Shown here piece after piece: positions 51,832-63,907 of a stretch of 64,000 nucleotides of DNA. The notes beneath the pieces were generated by a model. That model saw only the letters and a list, made by a program, of their open reading frames with translations. It was not told where the DNA came from and ran no database searches. Position 1 is the stretch's first letter. Every line of letters starts with the position of its first letter. Source of the DNA: Harriotta raleighana (lineage: Eukaryota); contig JBNZDD010013566.1 in assembly GCA_050575255.1 (NCBI GenBank), positions 1,296,353-1,360,352 of the forward strand. Direction: 5' to 3'. The translations under genes and the position numbers were made by a program.

Positions 51832-53248
51832 CTTTTATGTAAGCCGTATAGTTTAAGGTATTGTGCTTTGAGCATTCTATTAAATGGCTCCCCTCCCAAA
51901 CCAGTGCATTGGGACGTCCTTCCGACGTGAAAGGCGCTCTATAAATGTAATTTTTTTGTTGTATCCGCCCCTCCTTCAGGCCCAGGAAAAATCAGTGTTG
52001 ATTTCTTTTTGCAACTGAAATTTGAAATTTGCTCTCACCTTCAAGTGTCCAGAATATCTGAAAATTTAGAATTCACTTTAACTTAAAGAAAAATAAGGGT
52101 AGGGAGAATCTTGTCTTTTTTGAGCTTGATCTTAGATTATAACTTGACTGACTTGTTGCTGTTTTGTTGATTTGTGGTGGAGATCAGCCAACTGTCCAAA
52201 AAACCCTTCATCTTCTACCTACTCTCCCTTCGGAGCTCTTCTAAGAACCTATTTCTTTGACCATGCCTTCGGTCAACATTCTCATACATAGATCACTAGG
52301 TGATCTGCTCTCACCTTCAAGTGTGCATAACCAGCTGGAGATAGCATTTCCTCCAGTTGCTTTGCTCTCTGTGGGAAAGTACCTGAAGACTGGAACTCAG
52401 CAGTATGTGGGCTGCAGAAGTGACCCGTTTCCACATTTCTGTGGCACTGTTAGTTCNCCCTTTTTAAAAATTCCAAGTTTGGTTTCCAATGTTATTTCTG
52501 AAATTTATTTTGTACCAGAGTAAGATAGAGCTGAAGTAACTTGAGTAGAGCTCATCATTGGCGTGCTCATGGATTGATAGAAAATGAATTCAGCTAAATG
52601 GTATATCCATAAATGCTTGTCTCTTAAGTTGTCAAAACTGTACTGGAGTGAAATGCTTACTCCATAATGGTAAAATTGGAATAAACAGTTAGTGTGTGTG
52701 CAGAGTGTACAGTGGTAAACAGGAAGCGTGTTTGACCCTTAAATCAAGAATTGCTGCTGATGGTTCATTTTTTTAAAAAAGAAAAGCTTTCTTTCTTGTT
52801 AATGCTGATCATTTTATGCATGAGCTCTCAAATTCATGTGAACCTTTGGAATTGTTGCTTCTCTTAAAGTGATTATTGTCTGTAGCTGTTGCTATAGTGG
52901 CATCTTTTGTGATAGTCAGGAAAATAACTTGCTCAGCAATCCATAATTCAGAATTGTGCAAAATCAAATTGGTTAAAGTCAATTGAACATGGCAAATGAG
53001 GAGTGATTAAATTGTGTCTGAATCTTGTTAGGATTAAGTAACATTTTTGCACAATATCCCAAGTTATTAGGAAAAGAATTTTGGTGCTAGAAGTATATGC
53101 AAAATTTTGATTGGATGAAGTACTGAATATCATATAGAAAAGAGTTGTTATACATTTAGGTGTCTGCTATTTTCTGTGATGCATGTGCACTTAACTGTAC
53201 CATTGTGGCAATCTCTGTTTTCTGTCAACAATATTGTATGTGTGTATA

Positions 53249-54089
53249 CAGTTAACCCTCGTCGATCATGGGGGTTACATTCCTGGAAAACTGCGCACTC
53301 AACGAAATCGCATTGGAGAAGCTTAAGAAGTAATGGGAAAAGGGGTTTTGGGGAATCCAGTCGCAGGCTACCCAACTCAAGCCTCCAGCACATCCGATGC
53401 AAGGTGCCTAATGAGACGGGCTACAGCTGGCTGGCCTGCTCCTTGCTCTGCCCGCCTCCCCTGCTCTTGTTGCTCCCCCTACCCCCACTCTTCCTGCTCT
53501 CGTTTCTCCTACCACCCGAGAAATGGGCAAATCAGGACAGCCCGGGAGGGAGGCAGAGAGAAATGGGGAGAGCAGTGGGCAGGTGGAGTGAGGAGGGAAC
53601 AGAGAACTGCTCGGAGGCGCGGGGGAGCGAGCCGATCAGAGAGTGCTGGAGACGGCAGATACAGAATGGTTACAGCGGCTTTGCTATTGCTTTATTGCTA
53701 TAATAAAGTGATAACAAAGCAGTAAACCAATAAAAAAAGCAATAAAACAACAGAGTAGATTAGCCTACATTGCTGTACGATTCCTGTCTCTCTCTTGTCT
53801 CTTCTGTTTACAATGTAACGCAATAAAATTCTCAGAGGTTGAAGTGTTATTCTATTTACCCAGAATGCATTGCGTGTGGATTTTGTCGGGATCTGCCTCG
53901 TCAAAAATGCGCATGCGGTTGGGACCAGCCTCCGAGGGATTATCATATTTAGTCGGGAGCTATCGGCGTCTTCACCAATGCGCATGTGCGCGGGGGCCAG
54001 CCAGCGCGTATACACAAATTTAAGCTTTTGTTTCATCGCGTATACTTGAATTCGCAATCGATAAAGTCGCCTTCGACGAGGGTTAACTG
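53249..54089. mobile_element. MITE family B (opposite orientation to the 26684 copy)
   Basis: TA|CAGTTAACCCTCGTCGA ... TCGACGAGGGTTAACTG|TA: perfect 17-bp TIR. Confidence 0.96.
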
Positions 54090-54723
54090 TATTTTAGCTA
54101 TGGTTAACTGCTGTGCATTATGAGCGTAGTGCTTCTATACAAAGCAGAAAAAGGATTTATTTCCATTTAGCACAAACACAAATCCTTAAAATGACTTCAC
54201 TAAGACAGATGTCCTACAGGATTGGCTTTTTTTAAAAAAAGTAACTGATATATAATATATTATAGTTCTGTGTGATGAATATAGATGTTGAGTTCCAAAA
54301 TTTGAATTACTGTATAAACTGAACAGGATCCATATGAATTTGTGGCATAAAAACAATGTTCACCACAAGCCTGTCTGTGGGTTGATTCCTTTTTGGCAGA
54401 GCTACAAAAACACACTTATAGTTTATGCAAAGCATTTTTTTAAATAAAGAAATTTCTCTTTCAACTATGCTAAGAAGGCATATAAATTCTGTTTTCTGAT
54501 TATGATTGTGGCAGAAGGAAAAGCACAGTGGGTGTGTAGGGGAGTCACATATTGTCTTGTTTTTCCTTCATTATGGTGAAACATCATAATTGCATGCAAA
54601 ATACATACATATAATAATTCTTACATTTGATGTAGCGCTNGTGTGTAGGGGAGTCACATATTATCTTGTTTTTCCTTCATTATGGTGAAACATCATAATA
54701 TTTGCATGCAAAATACATACATA

Positions 54724-54996
54724 TAATAATTCTTACATTTGATGTAGCGCTTTTCATGTCTTCTAGACGTCTCAAAGTGCTTCACAGAATACACTGTAAA
54801 GTGAATTAACTGTATATTTGTGGGCAAAACGTGGCCGCCAATTGCACACAGCAATATCCCACAACAGTTGTGGATTGAAATGACCAATTTATTATAGTTT
54901 TTTTTTGGACGGATAATTATTATTAGTCTTGTGGAGTAAGGAAACATAGATTGCACGCTTGTAAGGTGAGTGCTCTAACCACTGAACTACAGGACT
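54724..54996 (-). mobile_element. tRNA-derived SINE
   Basis: Tail ATAATAATTCTTACATTTGATGTAGCGC, body ACACTGTAAAGTGAATT, head GTGCTCTAACCACTGAACTACAGGACT. Confidence 0.9.
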
Positions 54997-55404
54997 ATAT
55001 ACTCACTGTAAAGAGAATCCTGTGAAACACTTTCAGGTGTCTCCTGACGTGAAAAGTACGATATTAAATGCAAGGATTATTATTATGATTATTAATATTA
55101 AACTACCATGTTGAATAACTAGGGAAGCTTCCCAAATGAAAGGAGATTGCCCAAATGGTCATTACAATTTAAAAAAATACAAATCTCCAGTGATTTCTGA
55201 TGTCGTACAAAATGTTGGAATTTTTATTTAGAAATAAATCTATTGTTTTACAACACTTCCTTGCCACATTGAAATCAACTATGTTAATTTAGTGATGGTA
55301 ATTGGGTCCTCAGAAGCAACTCACCAGCTCCACCTCTCTCTCCACCCCTGGCATGCCATGCATGAAGACCTATTGTGTTCAATTGCCATTAACTAATAGT
55401 CTTA

Positions 55405-55826
55405 TAGTAAAAGCCCGTTTATCCGGCACCCACAGGACCTGGCCAGGGATGGTTAAACCAATTTTCCGGTTGAATGATTATTTGAAAAAATAATTATATA
55501 TTTTTGAATTAAAAATTATTTTAACACATACCATATTAATAATAGACTAAATAATAACAATATTGTATTTGTACTTTATTATTTATACTTAACTTTGCAA
55601 TGGCAGCCCCCATCCCACCAAGGGAAAAAAAACACAACTTTTAAAAGGAGCAGGAGCGATTTTAGACGCGACTAGCAACCAGTCAAATACCTGCACCAGT
55701 GCTCACGTGCGACAGTCGATTCATTCAATGCGTTATCACCGTGCTACCGAATCGGGCCTTTTTTTTGAGGTTCCGGTTCAATGGGTTTGCTGGTTCATCG
55801 AGTCATGGATAAATGGGCTTTTACTG
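55405..55826. mobile_element. MITE family A, subtype A2
   Basis: TA|TAGTAAAAGCCCGTTTATCC ... GGATAAATGGGCTTTTACTG|TA. Confidence 0.93.
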
Positions 55827-56082
55827 TAATTTTTCCTGTAATCTTTTACTCAAGCATTTAAGTCTATAAATTTCATATTTCCTGTTGAGTATGTAAAGTA
55901 GAATCATGGAACATCTTTGTGATTCAATTTTTGTTTTTAATCAAAATATATCAGTTCTTATGTGCTCCTCTATTCTTGAAAGAGGTAGGAGTAGTTGATA
56001 TCCCAAATTTGAATTCATTTGAGGAAAGCCAAGATTTAGAAACAGTGTCCTTTTTTATTTGCTGGAAACTGATTGGCTCCAA

Positions 56083-56308
56083 CATTGTCTCACACCGCTG
56101 GCCACCGAAACTTTCATACATGCGTTCATAACATCCAGGTTTAATGATGCAATCTCCTTGTTGGTTGGCCTCCCCAAATCCTCCCTCCACAGGCTGCAGA
56201 TCATCCAGAACTCTGCAGCCCATATCCTCCCCCACACTGGGCTCCATGATCATATCACTCCAATCCTCGCCTGACTCCACCACTATACAAATGTAATTTT
56301 GTGGTTGC
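56083..56308 (+). mobile_element. L2-clade LINE 3' fragment with internal deletion
   Basis: LTPLATETFIHAFITSRFNDAISLLVGLPKSSLHRLQIIQNSAAHIL..HDHITPILA, joined directly to the tail CTATACAAATGTAATTTTG. Confidence 0.92.
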
Positions 56309-56334
56309 TCCACCTTTTAGTCTTGTGAAAGTAC

Positions 56335-56530
56335 CTACTCATGCCACAGACACTGGCAACCATCCAGTATCTCTCTAAAGCAACTATTCTTGATATGTGA
56401 CCCAAGCAATGTATGTTCGCAGACTATTCAATTGTGTAAGACATCACAACCAATTTTCACCCAACCAAGAACTGCCATTTGGGATGCTACAATTGGTCTT
56501 AGTGCCCCTGGACTAGGAAGGAGAAGATCA
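56335..56530 (-). mobile_element. Ancient SINE relic (unnamed)
   Basis: CAGACACTGGCAACCATCCAGTA..ATTCTTGATATGTGA..GCAGACTATTCAATTGTG..CATCACAACC resembles an old fish SINE body from recall; weaker relatives near 7550-7670 and 33000-33220. Confidence 0.35.
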
Positions 56531-56556
56531 GACGAAGATACTGCAACTAAATAAAA

Positions 56557-56930
56557 AACTTAAGAACATAAGAATTGCTTAACAAAAAAAAACACTTCTA
56601 CCTTCCTGGCGGTCACATGTACATATGTCCAAAATCATCTATGTAATATATCCCATAAAGTTATTTCCTCAAATCTATTTGAAAGAATCAATGCTTCCTG
56701 CATCAACAGTCTCCTTCGGGAGCCTGTTCTATGGGTTCACTATTCGCTCACTGAAATAGTGTTTGCGTAGATTTTTTCTGAATTTACCCCTCTTCAATTG
56801 CAGGCCATGTCCTCTGGTTTTACTTTTCTGAACAAGTTGAAACAGCCTGTCATAATCTACATTGTCTAGCCCATTTAGAATCTTAAAAGCAGCAATTATG
56901 TCACCTCTCAACCATCTCTTTTCCAACACA
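56557..56930 (-). mobile_element. CR1 LINE 3' fragment (second family)
   Basis: LEKRWLRGDIIAAFKILNGLDNVD..LFQL..KTRGHGLQL..FRKNLRKHYFSERIVN; terminus TAAGAACATAAGAA differs from the 35183 family. Confidence 0.92.
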
Positions 56931-58005
56931 AGAACAGCATCATCATTTTAAGAATAAACTCAAACACCACAAATAATTTTTTGGAGTAGTTGTCTGACTC
57001 GTGTGGAAACCTATCAGCTTGCTTGCTCTAAAAATACCAATACTGTAGTACTTGCCTTGCATTATATATACCACCTTTCATGTCAGGGTGGTGTCTCAAA
57101 GCACTTCACAGCATTTACTGTTAAGTGGGGTGACCCTGTTTTATAGGTTAACACTTGAAGTCCAGGTTCAATTACTAGCTGCTTAATCTAGATTTCATGG
57201 AGAGGTATTGGCAAACAGATGTGCCTGCTGTGAGATCTTTGCTTTGAGAGTGCTTAGTAACAGTCAGTGTAAGATTGAGCCCTCCCTCCATGCCACAGCT
57301 TCCTATTATTTACCAGAAGTCCACTTCACTGCTTGGTTCAGAACTTTGCAAATGGGCAGAAGAAACGTTTTCATTTCAAAGGTGCTTGTACCTATGAAGG
57401 AAGACTGTTGAGCATGCATCTTTGAAGCCATGAACTTAATCTGCATTGGAATTTGGTGATCATTGAAGAGAAATGCAAATGACCAGTCATATTCTGATTG
57501 ATACTGATCCATGCTAATCCTGCTATATTCTTGCTCAACTATGAGGTTTTCATAAAACACTCTGAGATGCCATCCGGCGTGGAGGGCGCTATATAAATCG
57601 AAGTTGTCGTTCTTAATAAGGCTGCTTTAATAGTACATCTCTGGTCAACCCTGCCTTCAATGGCCATTTCTACTATGACAGTTTAGTTGCTGCTGAAGCT
57701 TTTGTCTCTAACTTTGATGGTCTGGTCACATGAATGTAGCATGTAGTCATCCAACTGTTTCTAGCTGAGCTCTCATCAAAGAGCCTTTGTTTGCAATCTC
57801 TATCTGGCAATTCTAAGCCTCATTTTATCCCAGATTCTGAAAAATAATAAGTCAGTGGTGACTTATTACATAATAAGCGAAAAAAGCCTTGTTTCCTGGA
57901 AACTCACTACCTTTAAACTACTCGGGCACTTGAAAGGAAGTAATATGAAAATACATTCTCCTTGGGTAAAACTTTTTTTACTCTTTCATACAATTAATTA
58001 TGATG

Positions 58006-58715
58006 GAGTCCTATAGCGCAGTGGTTAGAGCACTCCCCGTGCAAGCGAGAGATCTGGGTTCAATTCCAGGCAGGGCGAAACCTTGAGCAAGTTTCCTTAC
58101 CCCTCATGCCTAATAATAATTCTTCCAAGTTTTTTCTTTAAAAATTGGTCATTTCAATCCATGATTGTTTGTGGGACACTGTTGTGTACAATTGGGGGCA
58201 GCGTTTTGCACACAAATATATGGTCCCCCATCCCCCAGAGGATCGAATTCAAGATACTCGTCCTCAGTTTCAAGGCCATTCACAGTCTTATCCCCGCCTA
58301 TCTCTCTGACCTGCTGTCTCCCTATTAGCCTGCCTGTCCACTCTGTTCAGCAGGCTCTGGCCTGTTCCGCGTCCTCTGCCCTGACCGCCCTACCATTGAT
58401 GGCCAGGCTTTCAGCCTCTCTGCTCCCACACTATGGAACTCCATCCCGTAATCCCTTCGCCTCACCTCCTCCCTTTCCTCTATCAAGGCCGGACTTAATT
58501 CCTTCCTCTTCAACCGTTCCTTCTGCTCGGCACTTTCCTTCCCCTTCCCCCTATTCTGACCCCTCCCCGACCTAATTGTTCAACACCTTGGGATGTCCCC
58601 CCCCCGACGTGTAATTTATTGTTGTTGTTGTCAATTTACTTTACAGTATATTCTGTGAACTGCTTTTAGACATCTATAAGACATGAACAGCGCTACATCA
58701 AATGCAAGTATTATT
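58006..58715 (+). mobile_element. tRNA-derived SINE split by an L2 insertion
   Basis: The head GAGTCCTATAGCGCAGTGGTTAGAGC runs to CACAAATATA (58220); the SINE resumes with TCAATTTACTTTACAGTATATTCTGTGAA (58631) through to the tail. Confidence 0.9.
58221..58630 (+). mobile_element. L2-clade LINE 3' fragment nested in SINE
   Basis: W.PIPQRIEFKILVLSFKAIH..YLSDLLSPY; (TTG)n tail. Confidence 0.92.
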
Positions 58716-58984
58716 AATTGGCAATTACTTTTAAGTTCTATTTTCATAGCTATATGCTAGTTAGGGATGAATCTTTCTCAAGAGTGGAACAGATACAATT
58801 CAGCTTCTAACGCAAATTGCTCAGTCTTTCAAAACCATTCACCTTTCACTAAGTTTTTTTTGAAAGAAGTAATTACCCATTTTTCTTTTAAATGGCCACA
58901 ACTTTTCCTTACAAGAGATTCGGATTGCGAAGGCTGTTCACCCTTCTGGATCACAATCTTCCTGAACCCTATTGTCTTCCCATT

Positions 58985-59090
58985 ATAGCATCAAGCTGTT
59001 TCTCATATGCATTCATTGCCCTTGCCTCTAACACTGTTCCTGATAACTCAATCCAGCTATTGATTGTGTTGTGTAAAGAAATGCTTACTC
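58985..59090 (-). mobile_element. CR1 ORF2 C-terminal sliver
   Basis: Reverse strand reads approximately FFTQH..SWIELSGTVLEARAMNAYEKQLD, similar to FFTQRV..WNDLP..VV....FKRELD. Confidence 0.55.
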
Positions 59091-60380
59091 AAATCAAACT
59101 ACAGTATTTATCCAACCACTTGCCCAACTATCTTTACCTACAAATCACACAAGCATTGGATTTTACAGTGCATCTCATGATACTCTTTGGGAGATACTCC
59201 TGATGTGAAAATTACTATATTAAATGTAATGATTATTATTAACGATTACTATTTAGTTGCATTGGGCTCCATTGTGCAAATAAATGGGAGGGTTCATGTT
59301 GGAGGTGTGGGGGAGGGCAAGAATTATTTTAGTGGGCTTCCATTTCATCTGTTTATTTGTTATAATATGACGTAACAACAACAACAAATTTCAATTCTTT
59401 GACATCTTAATTCTAATGTTAGTTTAATCTTGGTTATGGAGAGAATGTGGTACCTGGTTATCCTGAATTTTGTAGTTCTGATTACTGTGGTAATCTTGTA
59501 AGAAACATGATGGATACATAAATTATGTTGGTAGTGCTTAAACATAATGGGAATACATTTAAAATATAGTTAATTAATGCTGGTTATTGTCTTTTGTCAC
59601 ATCCTTTTGTTATTGTCACGACCTCCCGATGTGAAAGGTGCTCTATAAATGTAATTTAGTTGTTTTGGAAAAAAAATCTTTCCCCTTTCCCAGTTTTCTT
59701 AACTTCCTGCCTTTCCTTCACTGCGGACTTAAGAGATCTTGACTTCACATACTGCTCTGCAATTGTCATCCATTATACCATGCAAATGAACAGCAGGAAT
59801 GGGGTGGGGGGTCATGGTTCAAGTTGGGTGCAGGATCACTCTAAGATTTTGCTCCCCCAAGGATGGAATGCCTCACTTCTTTGCTGTAATCAATCTAACT
59901 GAGCATTGATCAAAAGTATTTCACTTTAAGCAACCACCAGTCTTGGGAAACTCTGACTTGGCCTATGAATCAGGAGTAAAAAACCAAATGCTGTTACCCT
60001 GACCCACAGTGCTGTGTGGCCATATTAGCTAAATGTATTTCTGAAATGCTTTAAATTCAATGTGAAATGTGGTTTTGGCTGAAATATCACTGCCTTTAAC
60101 ATCAGCAGTCGGAGGGAAGAACATACACAACCTCCATCCAATGTAGTCTTTGCCAACGTACACCTGCCAAGAACTACTCTTCAAATTGCTCCCAGTATAA
60201 GTTACACCCGCTGAGATTAACTGAGAGAGGTAGTGCAGTAAGGAAATGAATGGCCTGTGTCTAGTTGATTGGTTAAATCTGCAAAATTCCACCCACTTTC
60301 TGCAAATGAGGATTGATTGGCATGTGATTTTTATGCAGCAAGAGATGGCCATACTTTTAAGTAAGGATTCTAAGATGCTA

Positions 60381-61780
60381 CAGTCAAAGCCCGTTTACCT
60401 GGCGCCTTCGGGACCTGGCCCAAAACTGGTTAAACGGCATGGCGGATATTCGGTCGAATATCGCCACTGAAAACAAAAACAAAAAAAACTTTGTTTTAAA
60501 CATGCCATATTAATAATAGACTAAATAATAACAATATTATTATAATAATGATTACATTTATATAGCGTATTCTACATCTTATCAATGTCTCAAAGGACTT
60601 CACAGAATACAACAACGTCCCAGAGTAGGGACCAGAGCAGGGGGGAGGGGTCGGGGTAGGGAGAAGAAAAGAGGGAAGAAAGTGGGGAAAAGAGGTAGGG
60701 ACCAGAGCAGGGGGGAGAGATTGTGGTAGGTGGGAGGAGAGTAGGAAAATTGACTGTATATTTGTGGGTGAAACGCGGCAGCCAAATTGCACACAACAGT
60801 ATCCCACAAACAGTCATGGAAGTGGGGTCAGAGACGAAAGGGGGTAAAGAAGGTAAGGGGAGAGGTCAGGGAAGGGGAAGAGAGCAGGAAAACCGACTGT
60901 ATATTTGTGGGCGAAATCCGGCAGCCAAATTTCGCACAGTGGTGTCCCACAAACAGTCGTGGAAGTGGGGCTAGGGAAAAAAGGGAGAAAGATGACAAGG
61001 GAAGTATTGTATGGATACTTACCAATAAAGCAATAATTATCAATTATAGTCTATAAACACAACACACAATCACAAAGCAAACTTCTACAATGGCAGACGG
61101 AAGAGTTTTTTCCTCTTAAAGGGGCACTGTTTTTCCTCTTTTGTTTCTTTCTTTCTCTCCCTCTTCCCTTTCTCTCTCTTTCACACACACGCTCAGTGTC
61201 TGGCATCTCAATGGCTCCAAACCCTGTCCACTCCTCTCATTTTCCATCTAAATTAATCAACTCACCTCCTCTCTCTCTCTCCCCTCCCCTCCCCCACCTC
61301 TCTCTCCCCCTTCACTCCTCTCTCTTTCTCACCCCTCTTTCCCTCTCTTTCCCACCCATTCTCTCTCTCCCTGTCTCTCTCTCCTTCTCCCACCCCACCC
61401 CCACCAAAACAGTGTATAACCCATGATACAGTCAGGCTACACAGGCAATACGTAGTATCCGTCAGAGAGAGAGAGGAAAAGAAAAACAAAGAAAGAAAGG
61501 GGAAGAGATAGAAAGAGAGAGGGAGAGAGAGAAAACAAAAAAGACGGAGAGAGAAAAAAAGGAGAGTGGGAGAGGAAAAACTGGCACTTTAAGAGGAAAA
61601 AAACGGAAGTGCCACTACCAGCAGCATTCAGAACTAATCATACTGTACTCTCGTGCAACAATTGACTCATTAAATGCACCATTGCAATTGCGCCAGTTAT
61701 TCGAATGGGGACCTTTTTTTGAGGTGCTGGTTATACAGAAGTTTCGATTGATCGGGTCACGGATAAACTGACTTTTACTC
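60381..61780. mobile_element. MITE family A, composite long copy
   Basis: TA|CAGTCAAAGCCCGTTTACC ... GGGTCACGGATAAACTGACTTTTACTC (right end degenerate); contains the family motif CCATATTAATAATAGACTAAATAATAAC. Confidence 0.82.
60539..61003 (-). mobile_element. Rearranged SINE 3' portion with duplicated core, nested in MITE
   Basis: SINE tail at 60539-60610; GACTGTATATTTGTGGG..CCCACAAACAGTC(A/G)TGGAAGTGGGG occurs twice (~60753-60827 and ~60895-60970), separated by purine-rich spacers. Confidence 0.82.
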
Positions 61781-63784
61781 TTCATGTACTTGCATGAAGA
61801 GTGCTATATAAATAAAGAAATTTCTTCCATCAAGATGCCTTGTTGAGAGGTAGCAGTACAAACAGGCCTTCACTNCCAGTTATTCGAATGGGGACCTTTT
61901 TTTGAGGTGCTGGTTATACAGAAGTTTCGATTGANATACTGTACTCTCGTGCAACAATTGACTCATTAAATGCACCATTGCAATTGCGCCAGTTATTCGA
62001 ATGGGGACCTTTTTTTGAGGTGCTGGTTATACAGAAGTTTCGATTGATCGGGTCACGGATAAACTGACTTTTACTCTTCATGTACTTGCATGAAGAGTGC
62101 TATATAAATAAAGAAATTTCTTCCATCAAGATGCCTTGTTGAGAGGTAGCAGTACAAACAGGCCTTCACTTGCCCTCAGATTTTCGAATTTAGCATTGCT
62201 GGTAAGCATGTCAGTGGGAAGTTTCTATTTGTTTACCTTATTAAAGCTATTAGCAATGTGGATGAGACTTGTAGCATAGAATTCTGTTATCCTGGAGCCT
62301 GTGGTTATAATGTAGTTAAATCCATGACTAATAGGTCTTAAGAAAATGAGTTCAGCAGATTATTGAATTATTAAATCAAATTCAAGTTGGGTAAATATGA
62401 ATTCCCTTTTGGGTTTGTTTTGAGAAGTAGTTTAAAATTCTGCAGATGAAAAAAAAACAGCTGTGGATTGTGTAAATCTTTTAACCTGTTTTCTTAGAGC
62501 TAGATTCATTTCTTGCAAACAGGTGTAGTGTTGATTTATATAGAAGAGATGCCATCCGGAGTGGAGGGGGCTATATAAATTGTTGTTGTTGTAGAATTGT
62601 AAGTTGCAAACGCAATGTGGTTATGCTGCATACATTGATGTGTCCATTGTGGATTAATACTGTATTTTGTTAGATGCAAGTTATTTGCAAGGTTTCCTTT
62701 CACTGCTGGCCCTTCGTCGAAATTCTGAATATTTGGTGAGATATATTTGATAAGAATATTTGGTGATTGCATTATAACAGCTAATGTTTGAAAAGACAAA
62801 GTGTGTAGAGGGTGTAGCATACATATTAACATTTGTCCAAATATTGCGAATGATCACTGACCATGTGATCTTGATGAATAAAAACGTGAATGAAATCTTA
62901 AGCTACAGCATTTTGGACAATTTGTCACGGTGTACTGAGCATAGATGACTTAGTGCATGTGATGTAATTCACGTTGTTGACTTCAAAAAAGAATTTATTT
63001 GTAAAAACTAGCTGCACACTGGATGGGTGGCTTTAAATAGGCTAAGGCGGTTATTTCAAACCCATGTTGAGTATGAGTATGAAACCATGTTGTATTTGCA
63101 AGCATAAATGGTAAATGAATGCTGTAAAATAAAATATTGCAGTGGTAAGTTGAGACAATTGCAGAATATTAAAGCACTGTTTCTGAATAGATCATGCTTT
63201 TTAAAAATGTCTTCAATCTTAGAGTCATACAAATTCATTATCAGAAGTGATATTCACTTTGTACTATCATGCCTATGGCATGCTCACTCCCCAGTAGTTT
63301 TCTATTCTATTACTTTTTCCCTGCTCTTTCCCAAACTGCTTTATATCTTTGATCTTCATATATGCTTATTTAATCCTCTTTTAAATTAGTTAATTAGCTC
63401 AGCTTCAAATGGCCACTTGTGGTAATGTGTTCCATTTAGAGCAACTTTGCTATAACGAGACCCTGTGTTACAACCAAAGCATAAAAATGTCTTGACTTCC
63501 TGGTGATTATAGATGCTACCGGCATCACTTCCCTGTACATATGAACTTTCTAAAGTATATCAACAGTACTTCCCGTCTTTAGCATACAGGAAATGGGATC
63601 AGGGATGTGTCCTGTGTATAGAAGCCAGTGAATCTCCATCGCATGCTGGATGCACAGCGCTTCCGATTGGTACAGGTCAATCGATTGATCAACAGTGCTA
63701 TAAGCAGAACTATAACCAGGGAGACATTAAACCTGATTTCATTGTGTGTATTTGTTTTTTTTATATTTGTAAAAGTGATGAATT

Positions 63785-63875
63785 TAAACCATTTGGAAAT
63801 AATCGATCATTATTTACCCTTTCAAACTCTCATCATCTTGAACAATTTTGTCAGATCCCCTCTTAACCTATCCTC
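63785..63875 (-). mobile_element. CR1 ORF2 C-terminal sliver
   Basis: Reverse strand reads RLRGDLTKLFKMMRV. Confidence 0.6.
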
Positions 63876-63907
63876 CAGGGGTCATTTACCACTTTGTTTT
63901 CCTTTTT

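Noticed and set aside
54532-54751. ~108-bp tandem duplication
   Set aside because: The copies are separated by a single n (54640) and differ by a SNP and a small indel, consistent with an unmerged contig overlap or two haplotypes.
60029-60352. 107-aa minus-strand ORF in unique sequence
   Set aside because: No recognisable homology or convincing splice context; its length is compatible with chance.
61640-62170. 235-bp exact duplication plus a third partial copy, giving a second MITE right end
   Set aside because: The copies are bounded by single n's (61875, 61935) and are identical, indicating an assembly artefact.
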